Shown: positions 53,934 through 64,000 of the stretch, piece by piece | Layout of the letters: every line of letters begins with the position of its first letter | Position numbering within the stretch: position 1 is the stretch's first letter | Source of the DNA: Amoeboaphelidium protococcarum X5 | Taxonomy: Eukaryota; Fungi; Aphelidiomycota | Length of the DNA stretch: 64,000 bases | Assembly: GCA_023515725.1 (NCBI GenBank) | Contig: JALDTO010000246.1 | Location: forward strand, 405,680 to 469,679 | Direction: 5' to 3' | Translations under genes and position numbers: made by a program | The notes under the pieces: model-generated | What the model was told of the DNA's origin: nothing | The model's input: only the letters and a program-made list of their open reading frames with translations | Databases searched by the model: none

Positions 53934-55726
53934 ATGTCCATATTTGGGAAAGCAAAGGAACTTTATTAGCAATAGTAGCTAGCTTTGAGTCGTGCACTCA
54001 ACAACAACAATCAAGGCCAAGAGCCCAAAGCTGTTTTGCAGCAGGCTACGAATAAACAGGAAATAGCTAAATCATCTACATCTCATGAAGATTAGCTTAA
54101 TCATGAAATCGAGCAGTTGAAAATAGAATTAGAGTTTCTGAAGGAGTACAAAGAGTAGAATGTCGCTTTAAAAGCTCAACTCAGTCAATCGGTAGACAAG
54201 AGAGAATATGAGAAGTTGAAACAACAATTATAGCACAAGCAAACACAGTAAAATGATATTGATGTGGCAGCAGTGTAAAATAATGTTGGAGATGGCAAGA
54301 TATTTTCGGATGTCAGTATATAAACAGATGTGCTCATCGGTGCAATAGTTAAAGAAGTCGTTGAGCCCACTATTCATGATAATCGAATCGGCGAATCTGA
54401 TGACAAAAGAGATCTAGTAATCACGCTTCAAGAGAAATTAGCTTAATTTTAGTAATAGCTGAATGCTTAAGATTTGCAGATTGAATAGAAGAATGCAGAT
54501 ATTGCCAAACTGAAAGTGGAGATGCATGATCAGATTGAGTACATGGGTAAAGATTATCAGTCCAAATTGGCGTCAAGGGAGAAGGAGATCCTAGCTCAAG
54601 TTGAGAAGAAGCACGCGCAGTAAGGTGATGGGTTGCTAAAGAATTAAAAGATTAGCGAAGAGAAGGATAGAATGATTGTAAATTTGCAGATGAAATTGAA
54701 TGAGAGTCAAGCGGATAATGAGTAGTCAAAGGTTAAATTGGCGCAGTCAATGGCTCAAGTTGATAGTTTGCAAGATTAGATTTCCGACAGCCTATATGTT
54801 TAGGAGAGTCTGAAGCAGAGCATCGTGTAATTGTAAGACACCTGTAACGAATACAAAGGATAGATCGAGCTGCTGAATGCCGAGTTGAACGTGTCCCGAT
54901 AATCTCAAGATCGTCAGTCGAAATCGTTGATGGAAAAAATTGAAGCTTTGAAACAATTAAAGTTGCGCTTAGATGCTGAAAACTCATCAAATCAATAGCT
55001 TGCGCAATAGTACGATAGTCTGTAAGAAGATTAGAAAAAGATTTAGCAGTTTTTGTAAGAGTTGTAGTAGACGAAACTGGAGGGTGACGCGAAGATTAAT
55101 GATCTCACAGCAGCCAATCATACGCTTTAAGAAAGTGTCAAATTATTGACAGGCGAGAGAGATTTGGTAACGTAGTAGCTCGAGTAAGTCAAGAGCAATA
55201 TTGCGCTTCTGCAATAGGAGCTGGACAAAGCCAAAACAGTAAGCGAAAGCAAGATTTAAGATCTGACATCTCAGTTAACGGAAGCGAAAGCCAACGCATT
55301 TCCCAAAGATGCGACTAACATGGAGATTTGGCGTAAAAAGGACGCCGAGATTAAGCAATTGTCAGATAAGGTGAGCAAAATGGCAAAAGATTTAGATATC
55401 AAGTCAAAAATGGTAATTTAGTATGCGCTAAGGGAAAATGCATCAATGTTGACTCCGGCTCAGCTCAAGCGCGACGCGTCATTTTAGAGCCTATAGCAGA
55501 TTGGAAAGTAGAAATCCTCGACTGAGTAACAGCTACTCACAGAGATTAATGCGAAATTGCAATCGATCATAGCGGTAAGCGTCATTTTAAATGCAGATCT
55601 TTAATGATATTTCGTATGTAGGACATAACAACCAAAAATTTCGAGTTGGAGGAGGAGATAAAAGGCTTGAAGGACTTGATTCGCCGATAATCAGTAGTTG
55701 CCAGTAGTAACATGTCAAAATTTTGA
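53934..55726 (+). CDS. Long coiled-coil protein with GRIPAP1-like C-terminus
   Basis: Heptad-rich; KSKMVIQY...EINAKLQSIIA|DITTKNFELEEEI; intron 55574-55621. Confidence 0.6.
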
Positions 55727-56639
55727 ATGAATAGATTTCTCACATTCTCCACTTCCATATTTAGTTATAAAAGCATATATATTATTATTATTATTATTAT
55801 TCATCTAGCTTCATATTGAACGACTACACGTGTAAATTAATTATTGACGAATAATTATACGACCGGTCATTAAAAAGGATATTACTTTTAGCTGTCCTCT
55901 TCTTGTACAGAATTCGGTAGCCACACTCTTTACATCTGATGGGATCTTTTGGTTTAAGCTCAGTGTCTTTCCCACAATTTCCGCAGATATAAAACACGGG
56001 CTGGATGGCCTATTGTTACTAAACTGTTCTAATTTGATCCATTTTCGATTTTTTGAAAATGGGAGAAACGCCGGCCATAATTTCGCTTGTCCTTTGAGTA
56101 ATGCTACTGGTAGTCTTAGGTTGATGTTCTATTACTGTATAGTGAATGGGGTCAATTTCTTAACTTGCGTACATTATTATTATTATTACTGGAAAATAAT
56201 TCACACTGAAATTTATTAAATTTGTTCTTCTAAATCGTGATTGTACACTTTTCTCTTTCCATTGTTGGCGTAAAGAGGCACCGATCAAGTGCGAATGATT
56301 CAACAGCTGAGATTGCAAAACTTATATTATATTAATTAAGTATGGTTTCATTACGTACATATTACAGGCATATATCTTAATTAATAATTATTTATGACAT
56401 TATTCAGTCTTGTACATACAATATGTCTCATTTCGACGCGTCATGTATATGTATGATTACCCAAAGACATATACCAATTCATGCCATGCAGCGTCTGATT
56501 TATGTAATACTTCTCATACATCCCGACATTTATGAGGGGCAGCCTGTCATACTTTCAAAATGGGGCAATTGGAACCTGAGAGATTTAGATCTTGGCGTGT
56601 TACATCTTAGGTGAACACAGCTAGATAGCTTAGGGATCT

Positions 56640-56700
56640 GGACCAATCGAGGGCTTGCCTTTGACGTACCACAGGTCGCACGAACAATCGATATATAATC
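56640..56700 (+). promoter_or_regulatory. Candidate Pol II promoter of the PGT-repeat gene
   Basis: CCAAT (56643), TGACGT (56662) and TATATAA (56692) in order upstream of ATG 56806. Confidence 0.4.
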
Positions 56701-56805
56701 TAGATCTATCCACCCAAACTTCTCTTCCTCTTTCTAATTAATCAATTATTATTCCACTCCTGTCTAGTAATATCTCGTGTTTGTAATAATATCATATCTT
56801 TTAAG

Positions 56806-58107
56806 ATGAAGTCTGGAATATTATCATTGGTTGCTGTTTTGCTGCTGCAAATGTCTGTTGAGCCAACCTTCTTCAAGAAGCACAAGTCCCCTTACGGTCA
56901 TTAGCCTGCTCCAAGACCTGGCCCAGGCGCTCCTGGTACTCCCGGCACTCCATCTCCAGGCACCCCTGGTGCTCCTGGTACTCCTGGCGCTCCTGGTACA
57001 CCAGGTGGTCCTTCTCCTGGCACTCCTGGCACTCCAGGATCACCTTCAACTGTGACTGTTACCGTTTATTAGTGTGATGCCACTCCGGGCACACCAGGCA
57101 CTCCGGGTACTCCTCCATCTCCAGGCACCCCACCTTCTCCTGGCACTCCTGGCACTCCATCCCCAGGTACTCCAGGTACGCCTGGTACTCCTCCATCTCC
57201 AGGCACTCCAGGCACCCCAGGCACCCCACCTTCTCCTGGCACTCCTGGCACTCCATCCCCAGGTACTCCAGGTACGCCTGGTACTCCGGGTACTCCTCCA
57301 TCTCCAGGCACCCCACCTTCTCCTGGCACTCCTGGCACTCCATCCCCAGGTACTCCAGGTACTCCTCCATCTCCGGGTACTCCTGGCACCCCAGGTACTC
57401 CACCTTCTCCTGGTACACCTGGCACTCCTGGTACTCCTCCATCTCCTGGTACACCTGGCACTCCTGGTACTCCTCCATCACCTGGTACTCCTGGAACTCC
57501 GGGCACTCCACCTTCTCCTGGTACACCTGGAACTCCTCCATCTCCGGGTACTCCTGGCACCCCAGGTACGCCTGGCACTCCTCCGTCTCCTGGCACTCCA
57601 GGTACCCCAGCACCAAATACTTCCACTTAAGCTCCAGGTCCTACCTCTACCACTGCTGCCGGTCCTGCGTCTACCACCATGCCGTCCCAAGTACCTACTC
57701 ATTCGCCTGTGACCCCAGGAACTCCTCCGTCTCCTGGCACTCCAGGTACCCCTGGTACACCGCCTTCTCCTGGTACACCTGGTACGCCTGGTACACCTCC
57801 ATCTCCAGGCACTCCGGGCACTCCATCCCCAGGTACTCCAGGTACTCCTCCATCTCCGGGTACTCCAGGTACTCCAGGTACTCCTCCATCTCCGGGTACT
57901 CCAGGTACTCCTCCATCACCTGGTACTCCTGGCCATCCTGGTCCATCGCCGTACAGGCCGCCAGTCTCACCTTATAAGCCGCCGCCACCAAGATCGCCTT
58001 ATTAGGGATTGGGCTCCTCCAACTCAACTACCAATGCAGCTTCCACTTCCTCCTCAGTCGGTGGATACGTCTCCGTAGCAGCTCTGTTGTTATCCTCCCT
58101 AATCTGA
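56806..58107 (+). CDS. Secreted, probably GPI-anchored Pro-Gly-Thr repeat surface protein
   Basis: Signal [14 protein letters not shown]; (PGT)n/PPSPGT repeats; C-terminal [27 protein letters not shown]-like tail. Confidence 0.85.
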
Positions 58108-58630
58108 TCGATCCATCTCACTATCCATACGATATGATTCGCTGATGAACAATAATGATTCTTTATTATTATCTCAGAATCTAAGCTTATCTTTTTCATT
58201 TTACACGTTATCTTTCCTTTTGGCTATTGTTGCCAACTACCTGTACGGCAAGTTACTCTCTCACTCACTCAGTGCGCGATCCTCTTTGCCTCGTTCGGGC
58301 AGCGAGCGACTTTGAGCCGGCCTCAAATTTTGTACAGTTTGGACAATTGTAAAATTCCATTATACTCCATAATAACGGCGGAAGCCTTGTCATATTATTA
58401 TAAATCTTATCATTCAAAAATGGATTCTTTTATGGGGGAATTCTAAAGTAAGCTGTGCCGCTTTATATGAAATTTAAAGTTCATTCAATCGCCAATATGT
58501 TAATAAGTATTTGTATCTGACTCTTTTAAAACAAATAAAACGCTTGTTTTCTTTTGCACCGGTAGTGTTTTGCACCTTGCACCCGGAGAAACGCACCGAA
58601 CTCGCTTTGTTACAATCTCGACCGTCTCGC

Positions 58631-61063
58631 ATGTCTGGCAGGAAGCGTTCTAGAGCAGTGTAGAGTGACTCGTAGCCATCTGGAGGTGGTATCACCACCT
58701 CCAACAGTAGTACTGGCATCCCAGCCGTTGATGAGTGTGCTGGTGTTGGCAGTAGTGTCGGCGTATCCGCCTCCTCAAGTTCTGGTCTGGCTGGGTGCGA
58801 GGCTGAAACAAGTGTTGTTAGCATGAATCAAACTGCTGATATCACTTCACAAAGTTCTGCTCAAGTCAGTGCTGCTTTCAATAGGTAGCTGGAGAATGAA
58901 GATGAAGATGACGACGACGATTACGACTCTGATGATGGTCTGGATGATGAGCAGTTGGCGAAGAAGGTGAAGAGACGCAAGAAGTCGGAGAACAGCCATG
59001 TGTATCGCATTGAAGCGGCGTACAAGTATAAGCTGGATGAAGGCATTGGAGAGACGTTGAAGCTGCTGAGGTTGACTCGATCCGACGTATCTGTGCCACT
59101 CACTGGCGGTAGGCCTTTGGCTGTGAATAGTATGTAAGCCTACTAGAAGCATTACAGAGGATTGCGGTACTTTTTTGCGCTAATTGGTGACTACAGCTCG
59201 AGTTTAATGCTGCTTCCTAACCCCCCGCAGTACACACCGTCAATGAACGCCAAGAGCATCATTTTGTTTATCAAGTTCAAGCGTAATGAGAAGGGTTCTT
59301 TGCTAAAAGACGAGAATGGCAACGCTGTGAAATGTGTCTATGGGCACGATATCAAGTGCTAGGGTGGTTGGAATATGCCACAGAATGTTGACCAGTTGTT
59401 ATCGGCTGTCTCTGTGCTGCATGATAGTCGTAATTAGAGGGGGGAGTACAGAGATATCTGCGAAGAGTGCATCCAACGTTCTGAGCGTGGTGATAGATCT
59501 GGCTGTCGGTTCCATCCGATGGCTCCTCGTATTTGGCTGGGTGGAGATCCAAAGAATTCTTCCCTCATGACTAACATGTAGAGATTGAACTCCCGCGATG
59601 GATGCAGCTACGTGTCCGAAGGCAGCTAGCCGCTCACACCTTGGGAATTACTACGTCTCCGCGAGTATTTCATCTCGAAAAATGATGCGAAGTCATTCAT
59701 GATGTGGACGATGATTATCGTTAGTATCAAGCTATTTCTGCGCAATGATGAAGTCACCGATTTGAAAATTCATGATCCTAGGCTGGAAAATTGTCTCAAC
59801 AAGGATCTTGCGACCTTTCAAAGTGATGGCAGTATATCTTCCCTTGCTTTCTACATTAAAGGCAAGTCTGATCGTGTTAGAGTGTGCTTGACTCTTTGGA
59901 CGGATTATGATGTGCCCGAATTGTGCCCGGTTCGTGCGCTTTTGACGTGGATTTTTATTTCTGGGATTAGAACTGGATTCTTGTTCCCTCAAGAGAGTAC
60001 ACTGGATGCTGTGAAGCAAGTTGGGCATGCGGCGTACAACATCTCTTACGTATCTTATCATAGGCAGTATCAGAAAGCTTGTAAGATTGCTACCGGCAAT
60101 CCCGATGGTAAATTTGGTACGCACACTAGTAGGAAGACTGGCTATTTGCTTGCTGTTTGGGGAATGGGATCAGAGATTGACATCACTAAGAGTGCGCGAC
60201 ACGCTTCGTCCGCTAATGCCGCATTGTATAAGAAGGATGCTAGCTATTTGCTAGAATTAGCGAAGACTAGACGTTTGGACGTGTCTTCCGTGGTAAGCAA
60301 ATTCAGATCAGCCTACTGTGAGTAGCTATAGATGGCTCGCAGTCTGAATGCTGCCCATTCTAGAGGCAATTTTTGTCTGCAGCAGGTGAGTCAAGAGATT
60401 GTTCGTAGCTTATGTGGATTATCTGATGTTGATGCAGTTGGTGGACCTAGAGTGATTTACGATGCACTTCTCCAGTTGCAGAAGAAAGAGACTGTGCTGC
60501 AGCTTATTGAGGCAAAGTTGAAAGAAATTGCACCTAATGCCACTCCGGAGGAGATTAATGAGCTGCGTAGGATGCTTGAGCTTTATGCGAATGGATTGAT
60601 TGCTGCCACTCAATCAGCTAAGTTGAAGTAGCCAAAATCTACTCTGACTTCTCAATAATCTTCTTCCAGATAGTTACGTGAACAAGCTGCGGTTCACTCT
60701 GATGATGAACTCTATGAATCCGATGAAGAAGACACTGACGTAGCTGATGTTGTACCTGCCATCACAGCTGTTCAGTAGGATGAAGTTGTGAATGATATGC
60801 CTGGGAGAGAGAAAGTGAGAAAAGCGAAGACTGCCATGGCGAAGTTGGAGGCCATTCTTGCAGTGGATGATCCTGGCTCAACCGTCGGGTTATCAGCTGG
60901 CGCCAAATCATTCTACGTGAAGCAATACTGCCCGATCATGAAATGTCTGAGAAAGCACTTTGGCGGTGATTTGGATAAGTTCATCGCACATTGGGGGAAC
61001 TTCAAACCAACTAGCTTCAAGACAAACAATTGCTCTGGTACCATGGATGAGTGTAGTATTTGA
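58631..61063 (+). CDS. Crypton-like tyrosine recombinase (810 aa)
   Basis: One frame with TAR=Gln; catalytic set LFLRNDE (R), IKGKSD (K), CPVRAL, HTSRKTG (HxxR), ARHASSANAALY (H...Y); CEEC...CRFH upstream. Confidence 0.85.
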
Positions 61064-61169
61064 ACAAGACAGATAATATGGAGACTGAGATTGAAAGTGG
61101 ATTTAATACAAAAAGTTTAATGCAAAATCATTGAGGATTTGTTTGAAACAACTGACTTGTCTGTTTTCT

Positions 61170-61700
61170 GCGAGATCACCGTCGCGCGCTCGATCGCTCG
61201 CGCATTCTTCCAACGTCAACCTTAACGGTTTCCGTTTTTGCACTTTGCACTTTTAACAATAAGAGCATTATATTCATCAGAATGCACGAACAGCAAGCAA
61301 TGAATATCACTGAACCTAGATCTGCCGCGTATAGTTCGTTGCAGTAGACGTCAACGGTCCTTACCACCCGTTAGGGAGTGACAGATTTGAGCCTTTGCAC
61401 CGCTCGGCCTTAGACGATTTTAACCAGTTCGTGATCTGATTTAAAACTTTTCCTCTCAGACACTGGAAATCTTCGGCTCCACGATACAACGAAACATTCT
61501 CTAACGCCGGTTAGTCTCACAGCGACTAGTACAAACAACTCACGAGAAGTTGATAGACGCTGAAAGCTGCTTGACCGGTTGGCCTCAAGAACCTCAAATC
61601 CCATGAAAGGTTGGATGAAATTGACTGATAAAGTAGAGATTATCTGACGTGTCGTGATCAAAAACCGCGATGATCTGTCAGATGAAACATTTTACTCGAG
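61170..61700 (-). ncRNA. Candidate structured ncRNA (omega-RNA) downstream of second Fanzor
   Basis: Nested stem ATCTGAC(61642-48)/GTCAGAT(61677-83) with inner GATCA/TGATC; TAGTC/GACTA (61512-28); boundaries unknown. Confidence 0.4.
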
Positions 61701-61777
61701 AGCATTACATTAACGGGTGAAACTACTGAGAAAGAGAGAGAATACTGAAGTATTGAATGTAGTAAGTATCACTTATT

Positions 61778-64000
61778 TCATAGAGTAAATTACATAGGGA
61801 ATCTACCTCTGTTAGTAGCCATTATGAGTCCAATTTTGAGAATGTTAACTGCGGCATTCACATCTCCGTTAATGACGAGATGACAATGTGCGCATGTGAC
61901 TATATCTTGGTCGGCAGTCCTTCTTCGGACAACCCTTTACTCGCAGTTACTACAATGAACAGACGTACCCTTCTCATGGGTAACATAGACTGTTGCAATC
62001 ATCTAGACATAGTGGAGCAGCTCTTTGGAAGCTGGATGGCATTTCCGGCCTGGAAGATAACGATTGTGGAATCTCTTCATCCCTCCAGTTCCCCAAAAGA
62101 CTATAATGTTCTCCTTCTTGGTATGATCAAAAGACTCAAGGCCAACCAATCTAGCTGCATACTCTCGAAGTATTGATCGTCTCGCCAAAAACTTGGAGTA
62201 CTTAGCCTTCTAGACTGACTAATCTAGGTACAGAGGCATGCGCTCATTCGTTACAATAGCTGCATTGGAGGATTTGCGCTTTGCCATTTCCAAATCAAAG
62301 CAGTATCTAGGCTCTGCGTATACATCTTCCGCCAACTCTCTATCTGTTTGGCTCAATTCTGCCCGAATTCTGGCTCGGAAGTCGGTCGATTTCAGCATTA
62401 CAGATTGAATATCATTTCGCTCCGTCGACTCTAAGACCTCTAATGCATTGGCTTTAGCAGTGGCTCTCACTAAGCTGCTTACTCCCATAAACACAACACC
62501 AACGTCTACTCCAACGTATACTGTATCTTGGTCGGCAATATTTATTTATGGAAAGGTCGGATTGTTCAGCCAACTATAGTCTCTTCCCCGTGTCTAGTCT
62601 CCGAACTGCCCAATTGCATCTTCATCATCATCAGGTTCCTCATAAAGAGCATCATGAGCATCGTCTAGTTCTGCAGCTTCATCGTAGGCATCCTCATGCT
62701 CATCATTATACTCTAATATCCTCTCATCTTCAAGATCATCCTCATCGCCCGGGCAATCCTCTCCTTGCTAATACTTTTGGGACAAGGACGTTCTGGGCCT
62801 TTTTTCTACTGAAGTTGGCTAATCACTTCTGGCTTTTCTCTTGCTCGATACAGGCTCAAACGTCAAAAAGTCTTGGGGTGCAGCTTCGACTTAGGCAGGA
62901 CTAATTTCAATTCCAGGAGCAATGTCTGCTTCAGCAAATCGATGCTTTGACGTACTTTATACTGGAGTAATAGTTTGAGCAGGAACAGGTTACGAGCTTC
63001 GCAATTTAGACTTGTAATCACTTGACTGTCGGTGGTATGGGATAGAGGTAGAGTACAAATCTGTGTAGAACTCATCGAATGTGATCTTCTCACCTAATAT
63101 AGACATATCGAAAATGGATTCAAAGTTAGCTCTACTTTGCTTTCCCTTCGTACCAAAAGTCTTGGTTCTAAGTGCCATAGTCTTACTTAATGTGACATGG
63201 AATGGAACCAGCTTAAATTCTGGACAGAGATTAAACATTGGCAGACCATTGGCGTTAAAGTACTATTGCAGGAAGTAGATCAATCTCAAATAAGACTGCC
63301 AGCTATTGGTATCAACAGGATTAAAAATCCCGTTACTTGGACCAAACGTGCTTTATCATATACCGCGCGATAGATTTAGTTTTAGATTTCTTATCAAATT
63401 GCTTGAGTATTAAGCTCTAGCCTGATGGAGAAATTGATGTATATTGGCGTCATCAAGGGAAACCAAATTTTTGGAATTGATATTTAAAAGCCAATAACTC
63501 ACCAGTTCTTTCTCTTTGATGGCTTTGTTAGAATCAACCTGTCTCAATGCTGTAACTAAATAGGTATTGACTCTGATATAGAGATTGACATCTATTTATA
63601 TCATCCACTTTTTAACATAATCCTATGCCGTCAAGAAGATATTCTTATTCCAGCTATCTCGGATCTGCGCATAAGGTGTATCATCGCCACGCGCCTATCT
63701 CCAAATGTTCCACGCTTACCGGTGCAGCTCGCTTTCAATCCAATGACTTGATGGGGTAATATCTCCATTGCGAACTTTGTCAGTCTAAACTCCGCAAGAG
63801 AGAAATATATTTTTAATCGTTATAACACACAGGTCAGGACAAACTGCATCAATATCAGGATTCTCCAAAAAAGCGTACAGGTATATTTTGAGCAAAGCCC
63901 CACCCTCAGGAATGAGGCGCCATAGATTTTCGCAATAGTCTGATAAGTTTTAACGATGGTCAACAGACAGATTCTGAGTAATTCGCTTGAAAGGGAATTT
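61778..64000 (-). pseudogene. Second, divergent Fanzor1-type nuclease, 5'-partial, one in-frame TGA
   Basis: WQSYLRLIYFL...MFNLCP; FYTDLYSTS; RuvC-I VYVGVDVG; IIVFWGTG; RuvC-II THEKGTSVHCSNC; CAHC-VINGDVNAAVNI; in-frame TGA at 63356-63358. Confidence 0.85.

Noticed and set aside
55730-56620. AT-rich intergenic stretch as a possible MITE or gene
   Set aside because: No terminal repeats or credible ORF found; only short (ATT)n runs.
57059-57626. Elastin-like VPGVPG ORF and other overlapping ORFs on the minus strand
   Set aside because: Antisense shadows of the PGT repeat; only the + frame has a signal peptide, GPI-like tail and promoter motifs.
56900-57960. Possible CRISPR-like array
   Set aside because: Coding 9-18 bp tandem repeats without unique spacers; no CRISPR array seen in the window.
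61240-61290. Hammerhead-like CTGATGA on the minus strand
   Set aside because: No correctly placed GAAA or three-stem junction could be built.
61370-61412. tRNA-like GGCCGAGCGGT on the minus strand
   Set aside because: No T-arm consensus or acceptor stem at the proper spacing.

Overview
Gene-dense, intron-poor eukaryotic (fungus-related opisthokont) nuclear DNA that uses a non-standard code: TAA and TAG encode Gln and TGA is the only stop. This fits the aphelid Amoeboaphelidium protococcarum, which is an inference rather than a proven identification. The supplied ORF track assumes the standard code, so it cuts real genes into fragments. Re-read with TAR=Gln, the window holds about 30 host genes, including SSADH, PRPS, RPB4, CWC25, uS11m, a SUMO-like-domain/SNF2/RING protein, SQT1, VPS8, ALO1/GULO, MCM7, HEI10, SQS1-like, BUB1, WEE1, ATG18, VAC14, coilin-like, a receptor-like kinase, THI80, PLB-like lipase, PPCDC, choice-of-anchor A protein, dynein intermediate chain, HEM15 and a GPI-type PGT-repeat protein. 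The highlights are two distinct Fanzor (eukaryotic TnpB/Cas12-like RNA-guided nuclease) loci. The first (37490-39578) lies in a 2.8-kb element with imperfect TIRs and a hairpin-rich candidate omega-RNA at its 3' end. The second (61778 to beyond 64000, minus strand) converges on an apparently intact Crypton-like tyrosine recombinase gene across a 714-bp structured spacer, suggesting a possible YR+Fanzor+ncRNA element. Both Fanzor copies carry lesions. All homology calls are by eye from motifs; no database search was run.
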